In this document: one piece after another, positions 8,415-16,511 of the stretch | Layout: each line of letters starts with the position of its first letter | Numbering within the stretch: the first letter of the stretch is position 1 | Assembly (NCBI GenBank): GCA_019634405.1 | Contig: JAHQVI010000149.1 | Coordinates: 1 to 37,221 of the forward strand | DNA length: 37,221 nt | From: Hyphomicrobiales bacterium | GTDB lineage: Bacteria; Pseudomonadota; Alphaproteobacteria; Rhizobiales; Rhodomicrobiaceae | Direction: 5' to 3' | Translations under genes and position numbers: made by a program | Notes under the pieces: model-generated | Databases searched by the model: none | What the model was told of the DNA's origin: nothing | What the model saw: only the letters and a program-made list of their open reading frames with translations

Positions 8415-8548
8415 TTCAGTAGTAATCACGATGAATTTAAGTTTTTCTGTAGTAAAAATCGTCATATTCAAATACAATTTATAGCTGTTCTTATTTTGTG
8501 AAATATAAATAATCATCATGTTCAGTTTGAACTTTAAAAGGAAACTGC

Positions 8549-8899
8549 ATGATGAACATCAAGACAGGCTTCGCCCTTGCTGCTCTTGGTTTTGCAGCCA
8601 TTGCTGGCGGTAACAGCTCCGTGCAGGCCGCAGCACTTACTCTTGAACCAATTCAATCAATTGCGACCCAAACGGCAAAGGCCGCTAGCAATCTTGAGAA
8701 AGTCCACTATCGCCACGGCCGTAAATGGCGCCGCATCTGCGCACGCCGCTGGGGTAGGGGCAATAGACGTTTTCGCCGTTGCCTGCGCCGCCACGACGTT
8801 GGCGTATATTATCCCGGACGGAAGGTGCGCCGTATTTGCGGCAAGCGCTGGGGTTGGGGTACGCGGCGTTTCCGTCGGTGTATCAGGCGGCATCGCTGA
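8549..8899 (+). CDS. Small secreted polycationic Arg/Trp/Cys-rich protein with an internal tandem repeat (family not recognised)
   Basis: An AAGGAA RBS lies 6-7 nt before ATGATG. Signal peptide: MMNIKTGFALAALGFAAIAGGNSSVQA. The two repeat units are GRKWRRICARRWGRGNRRFRRCLRRH and GRKVRRICGKRWGWGTRRFRRCIRRH. A strong terminator lies downstream. Confidence 0.65.
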   Translation: MMNIKTGFALAALGFAAIAGGNSSVQAAALTLEPIQSIATQTAKAASNLEKVHYRHGRKWRRICARRWGRGNRRFRRCLRRHDVGVYYPGRKVRRICGKRWGWGTRRFRRCIRRHR

Positions 8900-8977
8900 C
8901 GCCATGGCATTCATAGAGCGTCAGGTTTCTGGCCGGAATCGCCTGTGGCGCTCTATTTCTTTGTTCACGCATACGCG

Positions 8978-9000
8978 AACGCCCCGGATTCCGGGGCGTT
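8978..9000 (+). terminator. Rho-independent terminator, positioned to serve both convergent genes
   Basis: AACGCCCCGG-ATT-CCGGGGCGTT followed by TTGCTGTGTT. It lies 16 nt beyond the stop of the minus-strand permease. Confidence 0.75.
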
Positions 9001-9015
9001 TTGCTGTGTTGAGGT

Positions 9016-9777
9016 TTATGTTTTGAGCCGGTATCCGGTCTTGAAAATCCACCAGATCGTCAGCAGGCACAATCCGAGAAAGACCATGATCATCGTGAGG
9101 CTAACGCCAACGCTGACGTCGGATATTTCGTAGAAGCTCCAGCGAAACCCGCTGATCAGATAGAGAACCGGGTTGAACAATGTGACGGTCTGCCAGGTCT
9201 CCGGGAGCATGTCGATTGAGTAGAAGCTGCCGCCGAGAAAAACCAGCGGCGTAATCACGAGCAGAGGTACGATCTGCAGCTTCTCGAAATTATCTGCCCA
9301 GATCCCGATGATAAAGCCGAGCAGGCTGAACGTGATGACGGTCATGACCAGAAAGAACGCCATCCAGAAGGGATGCGCGATCTGGATCGGGATGAACAGG
9401 CTCGCCGTCAGCAGGATCATAATGCCAAGAATGAGAGATTTCGTTGCGGCTGCGCCGACGTAGCCGAGCACGATCTCCAGAAAGGAAACGGGCGCTGACA
9501 TGACTTCATAGATGGTGCCGGTGAATTTGGGGAAATAGATCCCGAAGGACGCGTTGGAGATGCTCTGTGTCAAGAGGTTGAGCATGATCAGCCCCGGCAG
9601 CAGGAAGGCGCCGTACTGCACGCCGCCAATCTCGTCAATCCGGGAGCCGATCGCCGCACCGAAAACAACGAAGTAGAGCGATGTCGATACCACCGGCGAG
9701 ATCAGGCTTTGCCACAGCGTACGCCCGAAACGGGCCATCTCGAAAAGATAGATTGATTTGACCGCGGTGAAATTCAT
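9016..9777 (-). CDS. ABC-2 type transporter permease (YadH/NodJ-like)
   Basis: Six predicted TM segments. The N-terminus [41 protein letters not shown] is typical of ABC-2 permeases. Its start overlaps the stop of the upstream ATPase by 4 nt. Confidence 0.9.
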   Translation of the reverse strand: MNFTAVKSIYLFEMARFGRTLWQSLISPVVSTSLYFVVFGAAIGSRIDEIGGVQYGAFLLPGLIMLNLLTQSISNASFGIYFPKFTGTIYEVMSAPVSFLEIVLGYVGAAATKSLILGIMILLTASLFIPIQIAHPFWMAFFLVMTVITFSLLGFIIGIWADNFEKLQIVPLLVITPLVFLGGSFYSIDMLPETWQTVTLFNPVLYLISGFRWSFYEISDVSVGVSLTMIMVFLGLCLLTIWWIFKTGYRLKT

Positions 9778-10730
9778 GTCGTGTTCTTTACGAGATCAAC
9801 GAAAATATCTTCGAGCGAGCTTTTCGTTGTGTTGAGATCCTGAAAACGAATGCCGGATTCACTCAGAGCCTGAAGCAGCTTGGTGATGCCGGTCCGTTCC
9901 CCTGTCGTGTCGTATGTATAGATGAGCTGCTGGCCATTATCAGCGATTTCCACCCCGTAATCTGCCAGTTCGGGCGGTATGGAGTCGAGCGGCTGATGCA
10001 GGTCCAAAATAAGCTGTTTGCGCCCGAGCTGGCGCATCAGATTGTCCTTGTCGTCAACCAGAACGATCTCGCCCTTGTTGATGATGCCGACGCGATCGGC
10101 CATTTCCTGCGCTTCCTCGATATAATGCGTCGTCAAAATAATCGTGACGCCGGAAGAACGCAGTGACCGGACAATTTCCCACATGTCCCGGCGCAGCTCA
10201 ACGTCAACGCCCGCGGTTGGTTCATCGAGGAACAGGATGCGCGGTTCATGCGCAAGCGCCTTGGCGATCAGCACGCGGCGCTTCATGCCGCCCGAGAGCG
10301 TCATGATCGGATTGTCCTTCTTGTCCCATAGCGTGAGATCTTTCAGGACTTTTTCGAGATAGGCGCGATCCGGCTTTTTGCCGAACAGCCCCCGGCTGAA
10401 GGAGATCGTTGTCCAGACGCTGGAAAAGGCGTCAGTTGCCAGTTCCTGCGGAACGAGCCCGATCATTTTGCGAGCTGCTCTGAAATCGGTAATGATGTCG
10501 TGCCCATCGACACTCACCTGTCCCCCGGACGGGTTGACGAGGCCGCAAATAGTGCTGATCAGAGTGGTTTTGCCGGCGCCATTTGGTCCGAGCAGCGCAA
10601 AGATCTCGCCCTGGCGAATTTCCAGATCAATGTTCTTCAGCGCCTGGAAACCGCCACCATAGGTCTTGGAGAGGTTTGAAACACGGATTATCGGCTGTGT
10701 ATACGGCGGCATGGATGGATGTTTTTGCAT
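9774..10730 (-). CDS. ABC transporter ATP-binding protein (YadG/NodI-like)
   Basis: Walker [10 protein letters not shown], signature LSGGMKRR, Walker [10 protein letters not shown] place the start at the ATG giving [20 protein letters not shown]. The 73 codons upstream in the track ORF are AT-rich and not protein-like. Confidence 0.9.
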   Translation of the reverse strand: MQKHPSMPPYTQPIIRVSNLSKTYGGGFQALKNIDLEIRQGEIFALLGPNGAGKTTLISTICGLVNPSGGQVSVDGHDIITDFRAARKMIGLVPQELATDAFSSVWTTISFSRGLFGKKPDRAYLEKVLKDLTLWDKKDNPIMTLSGGMKRRVLIAKALAHEPRILFLDEPTAGVDVELRRDMWEIVRSLRSSGVTIILTTHYIEEAQEMADRVGIINKGEIVLVDDKDNLMRQLGRKQLILDLHQPLDSIPPELADYGVEIADNGQQLIYTYDTTGERTGITKLLQALSESGIRFQDLNTTKSSLEDIFVDLVKNTT

Positions 10731-11005
10731 TGGCGTTCCACGCTTCTTGCTGTGGTTTTCCAGCTTTAAATGGAGCGCGGACTTTGCACCGCAAGATGTA
10801 AGGGCGCAACTCTTTTTACATCCAACATAATACGCATGAAAAAAGCGCTCATAAATCATAAAAATTTCTTGTTTATGCTCCAGCAATCCGCGGTAGGACG
10901 ATGTTTGCAGGAACAATAATGCTTGCTCCCGCATGCTGATATGCCACACTTTCTTGCGGCACGTTTCCGTAGGGGGCGGCGAGATACAGGGTAGGAGAAG
11001 AACAT

Positions 11006-11350
11006 ATGCAGTTTGTTGATCAGCTTTTACAGCTCTTGCGACAGGGTCTGGCTGCTATATTTCGTTTCATTGATACGGTTTGGACCTGGGTTGCAGATCA
11101 GGTCAATGCTGTTCCATGGTTGCAGTTCGGCGAGCTTTTATTATGGCAGCAGGTCCTTCTTGTCATCACCGGCATCGCGGTTGTCTATCTGGTGTACCGG
11201 TCGATCAAGGAATTGCTCGATGCTGCCAAGAAACTGTTCGATGCATTTGTAACTTTGCTGTCCGTGCTTGTGAGTACGCTCATCCCGGCCATTCTCGCGG
11301 GGCTGATTGCCGCTGGCGGCGCATGGATCGTTAACAACGTTGCTTTATGA
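11006..11350 (+). CDS. Hypothetical small membrane protein (114 aa)
   Basis: A GGAGAA RBS lies 5 nt before the ATG. It has an amphipathic N-terminus and two hydrophobic spans ([21 protein letters not shown]; [26 protein letters not shown]). I do not recognise the family. Confidence 0.55.
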   Translation: MQFVDQLLQLLRQGLAAIFRFIDTVWTWVADQVNAVPWLQFGELLLWQQVLLVITGIAVVYLVYRSIKELLDAAKKLFDAFVTLLSVLVSTLIPAILAGLIAAGGAWIVNNVAL

Positions 11351-11410
11351 TATTTGGGGCCTGAAGCAGCGTCAGTTGCGGCATAGCACCTGAAAGGACT
11401 AAGCCCACGT

Positions 11411-12058
11411 ATGACCGACGAACTCATAGCCGAAGAGATTTCGAAATTCTTCGAAATGACAGGTCCGGTCGGCGTAATTCTTGTTGGGCTTCTGTGTTGG
11501 ACCTTTCTTATCATCCTGTCGAAGCTGTTTATTTTCGGGCAGGGCCGCCTTTCGCGCAAGCGGGCAGTGAACGAATATCTGCGCCGTTATGGCGAGAAGG
11601 ACAAAGAGGCTATCGAGGTCCTGGAAAATTCGGGCGCTCCATTGGCCAGATTGTTGCTTGTGGGCGCGAGGCTAGTTCAGGCCGATGCATCGCGGATACG
11701 GATCGAGGCGGATATGCGGGATGCCGCGGCGTCCTATCTCATTCGCATATCGCGCTCGAACCGTACGCTTGAACTGATCGGCGTCATTGCACCGCTTCTG
11801 GGTATTCTGGGAACAATCCTTGGTCTGATCGAGGCGTTTCGGACATGGGAGGCTGCAGGCGATGATGCCGGTCGCGCAGTGCTGGCCGGCGGCGTCCGGC
11901 AGGCGCTGACGACAACGGCGCTCGGCATATGCGTCGCGATCCCCGCGATTGTGACATTCAACCTGTCCGAAAGCCGTATCGAAGGATTCCGCCAGCAAGT
12001 CGGCGTTATTTTCGATCGGTTTTTTGCGTCCGTGGAGGAGAAACGGGGCAAGTTCTGA
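11411..12058 (+). CDS. MotA/TolQ/ExbB proton-channel family protein
   Basis: Three-TM layout with the family signature region IAPLLGILGTILGLIEAF...ALTTTALGICVAIPAIV. Confidence 0.85.
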   Translation: MTDELIAEEISKFFEMTGPVGVILVGLLCWTFLIILSKLFIFGQGRLSRKRAVNEYLRRYGEKDKEAIEVLENSGAPLARLLLVGARLVQADASRIRIEADMRDAAASYLIRISRSNRTLELIGVIAPLLGILGTILGLIEAFRTWEAAGDDAGRAVLAGGVRQALTTTALGICVAIPAIVTFNLSESRIEGFRQQVGVIFDRFFASVEEKRGKF

Positions 12059-12180
12059 TGCCGAATGCAGATGACCGTTTTGGCGGATCGAGACGGCGCT
12101 GGAAGTGCCGGCGTATTTTGGTTCCCCTGCTGGATCTGACCTTAATCCTCGCCTTGAGCCTTTTTGCGCTCATGCTGTAA
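12058..12180 (+). CDS. 40-aa ExbD/TolR-like micro-ORF (N-terminal tail plus TM helix only)
   Basis: The ATG overlaps the exbB-like stop (TGATG). MPNADDRFGGSRRRWKCRRILVPLLDLTLILALSLFALML resembles the basic N-tail plus the (I/L)xxTPL(I/L)D(V/L)...L TM helix of ExbD/TolR. It stops right after the helix, and there is no room downstream for a periplasmic domain. Confidence 0.4.
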   Translation: MPNADDRFGGSRRRWKCRRILVPLLDLTLILALSLFALML

Positions 12181-12346
12181 ATTGGTCGGCGGGGTCTTGC
12201 AAGCAGCCGTCTCCGGCCGATCGTGCCCCCTTTTTGGCGCATGCATGATCGGGATCAATATGGCGGCGGCTCAATGGTGGTAAACAGTTCCAAAACGCTC
12301 CCGTATCGCCGGCTGCGATAGCCGCAGGACCATAGGATAGCTGAGT

Positions 12347-14452
12347 ATGGAATTGCTCGATCCGTCAACGCCCCTGATTTCGCTTGCGGCTGCCGCAATC
12401 GATAGCGAAACGACCGGCGTCGATCCCGCTCACGCAAGGATTGTGCAGCTTGCCAGCATACAGGTTGACGGCGTGGCGATCCACCGAGAACGCTCGGTCC
12501 AGCATCTCATCAATCCGGGTGTCCCGATTCCCGAGAAATCCTCCACGATTCATAATATTCGCGACGCTGACGTTGCAGACGCCCATACATTCGTGAAAAT
12601 CTGGGACATATTCGACGCCTTTACGGGACCGCGCGTTCTGATCGGCTACCGGACCGGATTCGATATCTCCGTGCTGAAGCGCGAATGTGCGCTTGCCGAT
12701 ATTGGCTGGCGCGACCGCTACTGGATCTGCGTGCAGGCGTTGGCGCGTTTGCTTGCCTCGCAGCAGCTTGCAACCGAGTCGCTGGAAAGCCTCGCGGACC
12801 GCTTCGACATTGCGATTACCGATCGTCACACCGCGCTGGGCGATGCGCAGGCGGCTGCGGAGATCTGGGTTGCGATGATCCCGCTACTGCGCAGGAAGGG
12901 GATCCGTACGCTTGGCGAAGCTCTGTCGGCAAGTCAGGCAATGCTTAATGATGGAAGCCAGGAGCTTGCGCGCGAATCCGCAGGGGTGGACGCGGACGTT
13001 TCCGAGTTGAAGCCGGCAGACTATCCGTTACGGATCGACAGCTATGCTTACAAGAAGCGCCTGTCGGACGTCATGAGCGCGCCGCCTGTTTTCGCGTCCG
13101 CGGATCTGACCTTGCAGGACGCTGCGCGATTGCTGATCGAGAAGCAGGTCAGTTCCGTGCTCGTCCGATCCGGCGATGCGGTCGGGATCGTTACGGAGCG
13201 GGATGTTCTTCGTAGTATCGCCGCCGATGTGCAGGGCGATGATTATATCCGCTTGCGGAGCATTATGAATTCACCGCTGCATGCGATGCGGGAAGACCGG
13301 CATCTCTACACGGCGATGGCGCGCATGAACCGGCTCGGTATCCGTCATCTCGCCGTGAGCGACGATCATGGTGAAATTGTCGGCATGGTGACGCCGCGCA
13401 ACCTGCTGCGGGCGCGGGCCAGCGAAGCGCTCCTGCTTGGCGATGAGATCGAGGCGGCGGAAGATGGCGGCGGGCTTGCGGCGGCGCGGGCGAAGCTGTC
13501 GAAGCTGGCCGGCGGTCTGCTGGCCGATGAACTGGATGCGCGCAGTATTTGCGCGGTGATCAGCGCCGAACTCTGCACCCTGACCCGCCGCGCCAGCGAG
13601 ATCGCCGAAGCGCGGATGCTTGCAGACGGGCAGGGGAGCGCTCCGGTGCCTTATGCCGTCATGGTGCTGGGTTCCGGCGGACGGGGGGAAAGCCTGCTCG
13701 CGCCGGATCAGGACAACGCCATTGTTTACGAGCAGGGCGAACCGGGCGGGCCGGAAGATCTATGGTTCGAGCAATTGGGCGGCCATATTGCGGATCTGCT
13801 TGATGAGGCGGGCGTGCCCTATTGCCAGGGTGGGGTCATGGCGCGCAACGCCGCGTGGCGCAAAAGCGTGGATGGATGGCAGGAGACGATTGATGGATGG
13901 GTGCGAAAGTCCAGCCCGCAAGACCTTCTCAATGTTGATATTTTCTTTGACGCGGCGGCGGTATACGGGCACCCGGCTTTGGCCGACAAGATCTGGCGAC
14001 ATGCTTATGAGCGCGCGCATAAAGCGCCGGCCTTCCAGGCGCTGCTGACGGAGTTGGCGCGGCGCTGGAATTCGCCTCTTGGCATGTGGGGCTTTCGGAC
14101 GGATGCGCATGATCGGACCGATCTGAAGGCCGGTGGTCTCATGCCGATCTTTACCGCCGCCCGCATTATGTCGATCCGGCACAGCTTGCCTGCGCGTTCG
14201 ACGGTCGAGCGGCTTCGGCGCGCCGGGCAGGCGGACTTTATGAGCGATGCCGCTGTTGAGCGCACGCTTTCGTCGCATGAAACGATCCTGCGGGCGATCC
14301 TGAAGCAGCAGCTTGCGGATGTGAACGCCGGCGTGCCGCTCTCCAATCGCGTCGCCGTTAAAACTCTGAGCGCAGATGAGCGTTCAGCACTCCGCACGGC
14401 TATTCGCGACATCGACCTGATTGTCGATATCGTTTCGGAAGCGCGCTTTTAG
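12347..14452 (+). CDS. Fusion protein: DnaQ-like DEDDh 3'-5' exonuclease + CBS pair + DUF294-type nucleotidyltransferase with C-terminal substrate-binding domain
   Basis: Exonuclease motifs AIDSETTGVD, GYRTGFDISVL and HTALGDAQAAAEI. Two CBS motifs span ...VMSAPPVFAS...GIVTERDVLRSI and IMNSPLHAM...GMVTPRNLLRA. The Pol-beta-type NTase motif is VMVLGSGGRGESLLAPDQDNAIVY, followed by a helical C-terminal domain. Confidence 0.85.
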   Translation: MELLDPSTPLISLAAAAIDSETTGVDPAHARIVQLASIQVDGVAIHRERSVQHLINPGVPIPEKSSTIHNIRDADVADAHTFVKIWDIFDAFTGPRVLIGYRTGFDISVLKRECALADIGWRDRYWICVQALARLLASQQLATESLESLADRFDIAITDRHTALGDAQAAAEIWVAMIPLLRRKGIRTLGEALSASQAMLNDGSQELARESAGVDADVSELKPADYPLRIDSYAYKKRLSDVMSAPPVFASADLTLQDAARLLIEKQVSSVLVRSGDAVGIVTERDVLRSIAADVQGDDYIRLRSIMNSPLHAMREDRHLYTAMARMNRLGIRHLAVSDDHGEIVGMVTPRNLLRARASEALLLGDEIEAAEDGGGLAAARAKLSKLAGGLLADELDARSICAVISAELCTLTRRASEIAEARMLADGQGSAPVPYAVMVLGSGGRGESLLAPDQDNAIVYEQGEPGGPEDLWFEQLGGHIADLLDEAGVPYCQGGVMARNAAWRKSVDGWQETIDGWVRKSSPQDLLNVDIFFDAAAVYGHPALADKIWRHAYERAHKAPAFQALLTELARRWNSPLGMWGFRTDAHDRTDLKAGGLMPIFTAARIMSIRHSLPARSTVERLRRAGQADFMSDAAVERTLSSHETILRAILKQQLADVNAGVPLSNRVAVKTLSADERSALRTAIRDIDLIVDIVSEARF

Positions 14453-14658
14453 GGAAAAAGAGGTTCGCCCCGGAGCGGCATGCGTTCACGGATGCAAAAC
14501 GCTGTGAACCGGACTGTGACGATGGATATTTGGCGTTGTCTCAAATATCCAAGTGTGGTCGGCTGATAGCTGCTAATCGAAGACTTGTATAATTGTTTTT
14601 TCAATTGCACGCCTCGGTGTCGAGGCAAATGCGTCAACGCACAGCACAGAGTCATTCC

Positions 14659-15849
14659 ATGTCAAAACTCTTTATGACGTTCGTAACCTTGGGCTTCGCT
14701 CTCGCCGCTATTGCTCCGTTCAGCGCATCAGCGTATGAGCCGCTGGTGGAGAAGAACGTCCTGGAGCTGCCAAGTTTCGAAACGTTCGGCGGCGCTGAAA
14801 TCAAGGATGTAAAAGTTGGCTGGGAAGCTTATGGCGAACTGAACGCCGACAAAAGCAATGTCATTCTCATTTGCCACTTTTTCACCGGCAACAGCCATGC
14901 CGCTGGCAAATATTCTCCCGACGACACGGCTCCGGGCTATTGGGACGCCATCATAGGCTCGGGAAAACCAATCGATACGGACAAATATTACGTTATTTCA
15001 GTCGACTCGCTCGTCAATCTTGGAACGGGCAATCCGAATGTGGTCACGACGGGGCCCGCCAGCATCAATCCGGCAACCGGCAAGCCTTACGGCATGTCCT
15101 TTCCGATCGTGACCATTCGCGATTTTGTCAATGTTCAAAAAGCGCTATTGGACGAGCTTGGTGTTGAAAAGCTTCATGCCGTCATGGGGGCGTCCATGGG
15201 CGCGCTGCAGACTTATGAATGGGCCGCCGCATATCCCGGGCGTGTCGGGCGCGTAATCCCTGTAATCGCATCAGGGTGGGCGTCCGGCGATCTCATTGCC
15301 TGGCTGAACATATGGGCAGCCCCGATCACACTTGATGCAAACTGGAACGGCGGCGATTATTACGGCGGGGAACCGCCACGCCAGGGGCTTGCTACCGCGT
15401 TGAAGGTTGTGACGCTCCATGCGCAGAATGCGGAATGGTCGAACGGGGTTTTCGGCCGGGCATGGGCGGAACAATCGGCGGACCCGGCGGAGAGCTTCGA
15501 CAATCTTTTCAAGATCGAGGCGACGCTCAACGCGGTTGGAGCAGCGCGCGCCGAATCGTCGGACGCCAATCATTTTTTATATCTCGCAAAAGCCAATCAA
15601 CTTTTCTATGCCGGTCACGGCAAGACGCTTTACGAGGGGCTACTGGCCATCGATTCGCCTGTTCTTCTGATCCACACCAATGAAGATCTCGTTTTTCCCG
15701 GAGACGACGTGCGCGAGACAGCAGCGATTATCAAGTCGGACGGAACGGCGGTTGATATCGTTGAATTACAGGGGACGCGGGGGCATCTGGACGGCGTCCT
15801 TTCCATTGCACAAGCGGGCGATGCGATATCGAAGTTTCTCAATGAGTAG
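14659..15849 (+). CDS. MetX (homoserine O-acetyltransferase)-family alpha/beta hydrolase with a signal peptide; probable exported esterase
   Basis: Start taken at MSKLFMTFVTLGFALAAIAPFSASA (Sec-type signal). It has MetX-like ICHFFTGNSHAAG and the nucleophile elbow GASMGALQ, and length and collinearity match the family. Confidence 0.85.
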   Translation: MSKLFMTFVTLGFALAAIAPFSASAYEPLVEKNVLELPSFETFGGAEIKDVKVGWEAYGELNADKSNVILICHFFTGNSHAAGKYSPDDTAPGYWDAIIGSGKPIDTDKYYVISVDSLVNLGTGNPNVVTTGPASINPATGKPYGMSFPIVTIRDFVNVQKALLDELGVEKLHAVMGASMGALQTYEWAAAYPGRVGRVIPVIASGWASGDLIAWLNIWAAPITLDANWNGGDYYGGEPPRQGLATALKVVTLHAQNAEWSNGVFGRAWAEQSADPAESFDNLFKIEATLNAVGAARAESSDANHFLYLAKANQLFYAGHGKTLYEGLLAIDSPVLLIHTNEDLVFPGDDVRETAAIIKSDGTAVDIVELQGTRGHLDGVLSIAQAGDAISKFLNE

Positions 15850-15877
15850 GTGATCGCAGTCCACTCACGCGACGGGT

Positions 15878-15905
15878 GGTTCCGCGATCGGCGCGTTGCG
15901 GAACC
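15878..15905. terminator. Hairpin between the convergent MetX-like and Lrp genes
   Basis: GGTTCCGC (15878..15885) pairs with GCGGAACC (15898..15905) around a 12-nt loop. There is no strong U-tract. Confidence 0.4.
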
Positions 15906-15959
15906 ATATTCAGATGACACCGGTAAAATCGAATGCAAATGAGTCAGCCTCGTCCCCTC

Positions 15960-16388
15960 CTACCGGGCGCGGCGGATCGTGGTCAGGCAGAGATTGGTCT
16001 CGCTATTGCGGATGCCGTCGATGAGGCGGATCTTGTTGAGGACATTGTCCAGTTCGGTGAGCGAATCCGCGCCGAGTTCGACCATGAGATCCCAGCGGCC
16101 GTTGGTGGTGTGGATCGCCTGGACCTGCGAATAGCCGTTCAACAGGCCGATAATCCGGTTGGTGCCTTTCCCTTCGATTTCGATCATGGTCACGCCGCGT
16201 ATCGGCATGTCTTCAAGATCGCCACGCAGCACAACTGTGAAGCCCTGTATCTCGCCGGATTTCTGTAGCTTCTCCAGCCGCGCCCGCACAGTTGCCCGGG
16301 TTGCACCAAGCACCGACGCCAGTTCGGAGAGCGAGGCGCGCCCATCTCTGCGCAATGCTGATAGAAGCTTGTTGTCCAATTCGTCCAT
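15960..16388 (-). CDS. Lrp/AsnC-family transcriptional regulator
   Basis: N-terminal HTH LDNKLLSALRRDGRASLSELASVLGATRATVRARLEKL plus a C-terminal RAM/AsnC-type ligand domain. It is divergent from the arginase gene. Confidence 0.9.
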   Translation of the reverse strand: MDELDNKLLSALRRDGRASLSELASVLGATRATVRARLEKLQKSGEIQGFTVVLRGDLEDMPIRGVTMIEIEGKGTNRIIGLLNGYSQVQAIHTTNGRWDLMVELGADSLTELDNVLNKIRLIDGIRNSETNLCLTTIRRAR

Positions 16389-16511
16389 ATTGTATGATCT
16401 ATATGATCATTTTGATTAATTCAAACTCAATATTGAGCAATTTATCTCGTTTCAACTGCCGCCAATGCCAGTCACTATAGGCAAAAGCGATTCATTTCCA
16501 TGGAGCAGGCT
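16389..16511. promoter_or_regulatory. Divergent Lrp/arginase control region with AT-rich palindromes
   Basis: TGATC-TATAT-GATCA at 16395..16409 and the perfect 12-bp palindrome CTCAATATTGAG at 16426..16437, within an AT-rich 110-bp spacer. Confidence 0.4.

Noticed and set aside
8577-9026. 149-aa plus-strand and 85-aa minus-strand ORFs overlapping the Arg-rich gene
   Set aside because: The CGN-rich repeat keeps several frames open. Only the 8549 frame has an RBS, a signal peptide and an internally repeated peptide unit. I cannot fully exclude them without conservation data.
10731-10949. 73-codon N-terminal extension of the ABC ATPase ORF
   Set aside because: It is AT-rich and non-protein-like ([21 protein letters not shown]...). 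The conserved ATPase body begins shortly after the internal ATG at 10730.
12181-12346. Possible frameshifted remainder of an exbD gene after the 40-aa ORF
   Set aside because: Only 166 nt are available, and none of the three frames shows ExbD periplasmic-domain-like sequence. The domain is absent rather than frameshifted.
14453-14658. SAM-II or other methionine riboswitch upstream of the MetX-like gene
   Set aside because: I could not find the conserved SAM-II core (an AAAGCU-type 3' segment pairing into a pseudoknot). The gene product is exported and probably not part of methionine biosynthesis. Only generic hairpins are present (14524..14550 and 14621..14636).
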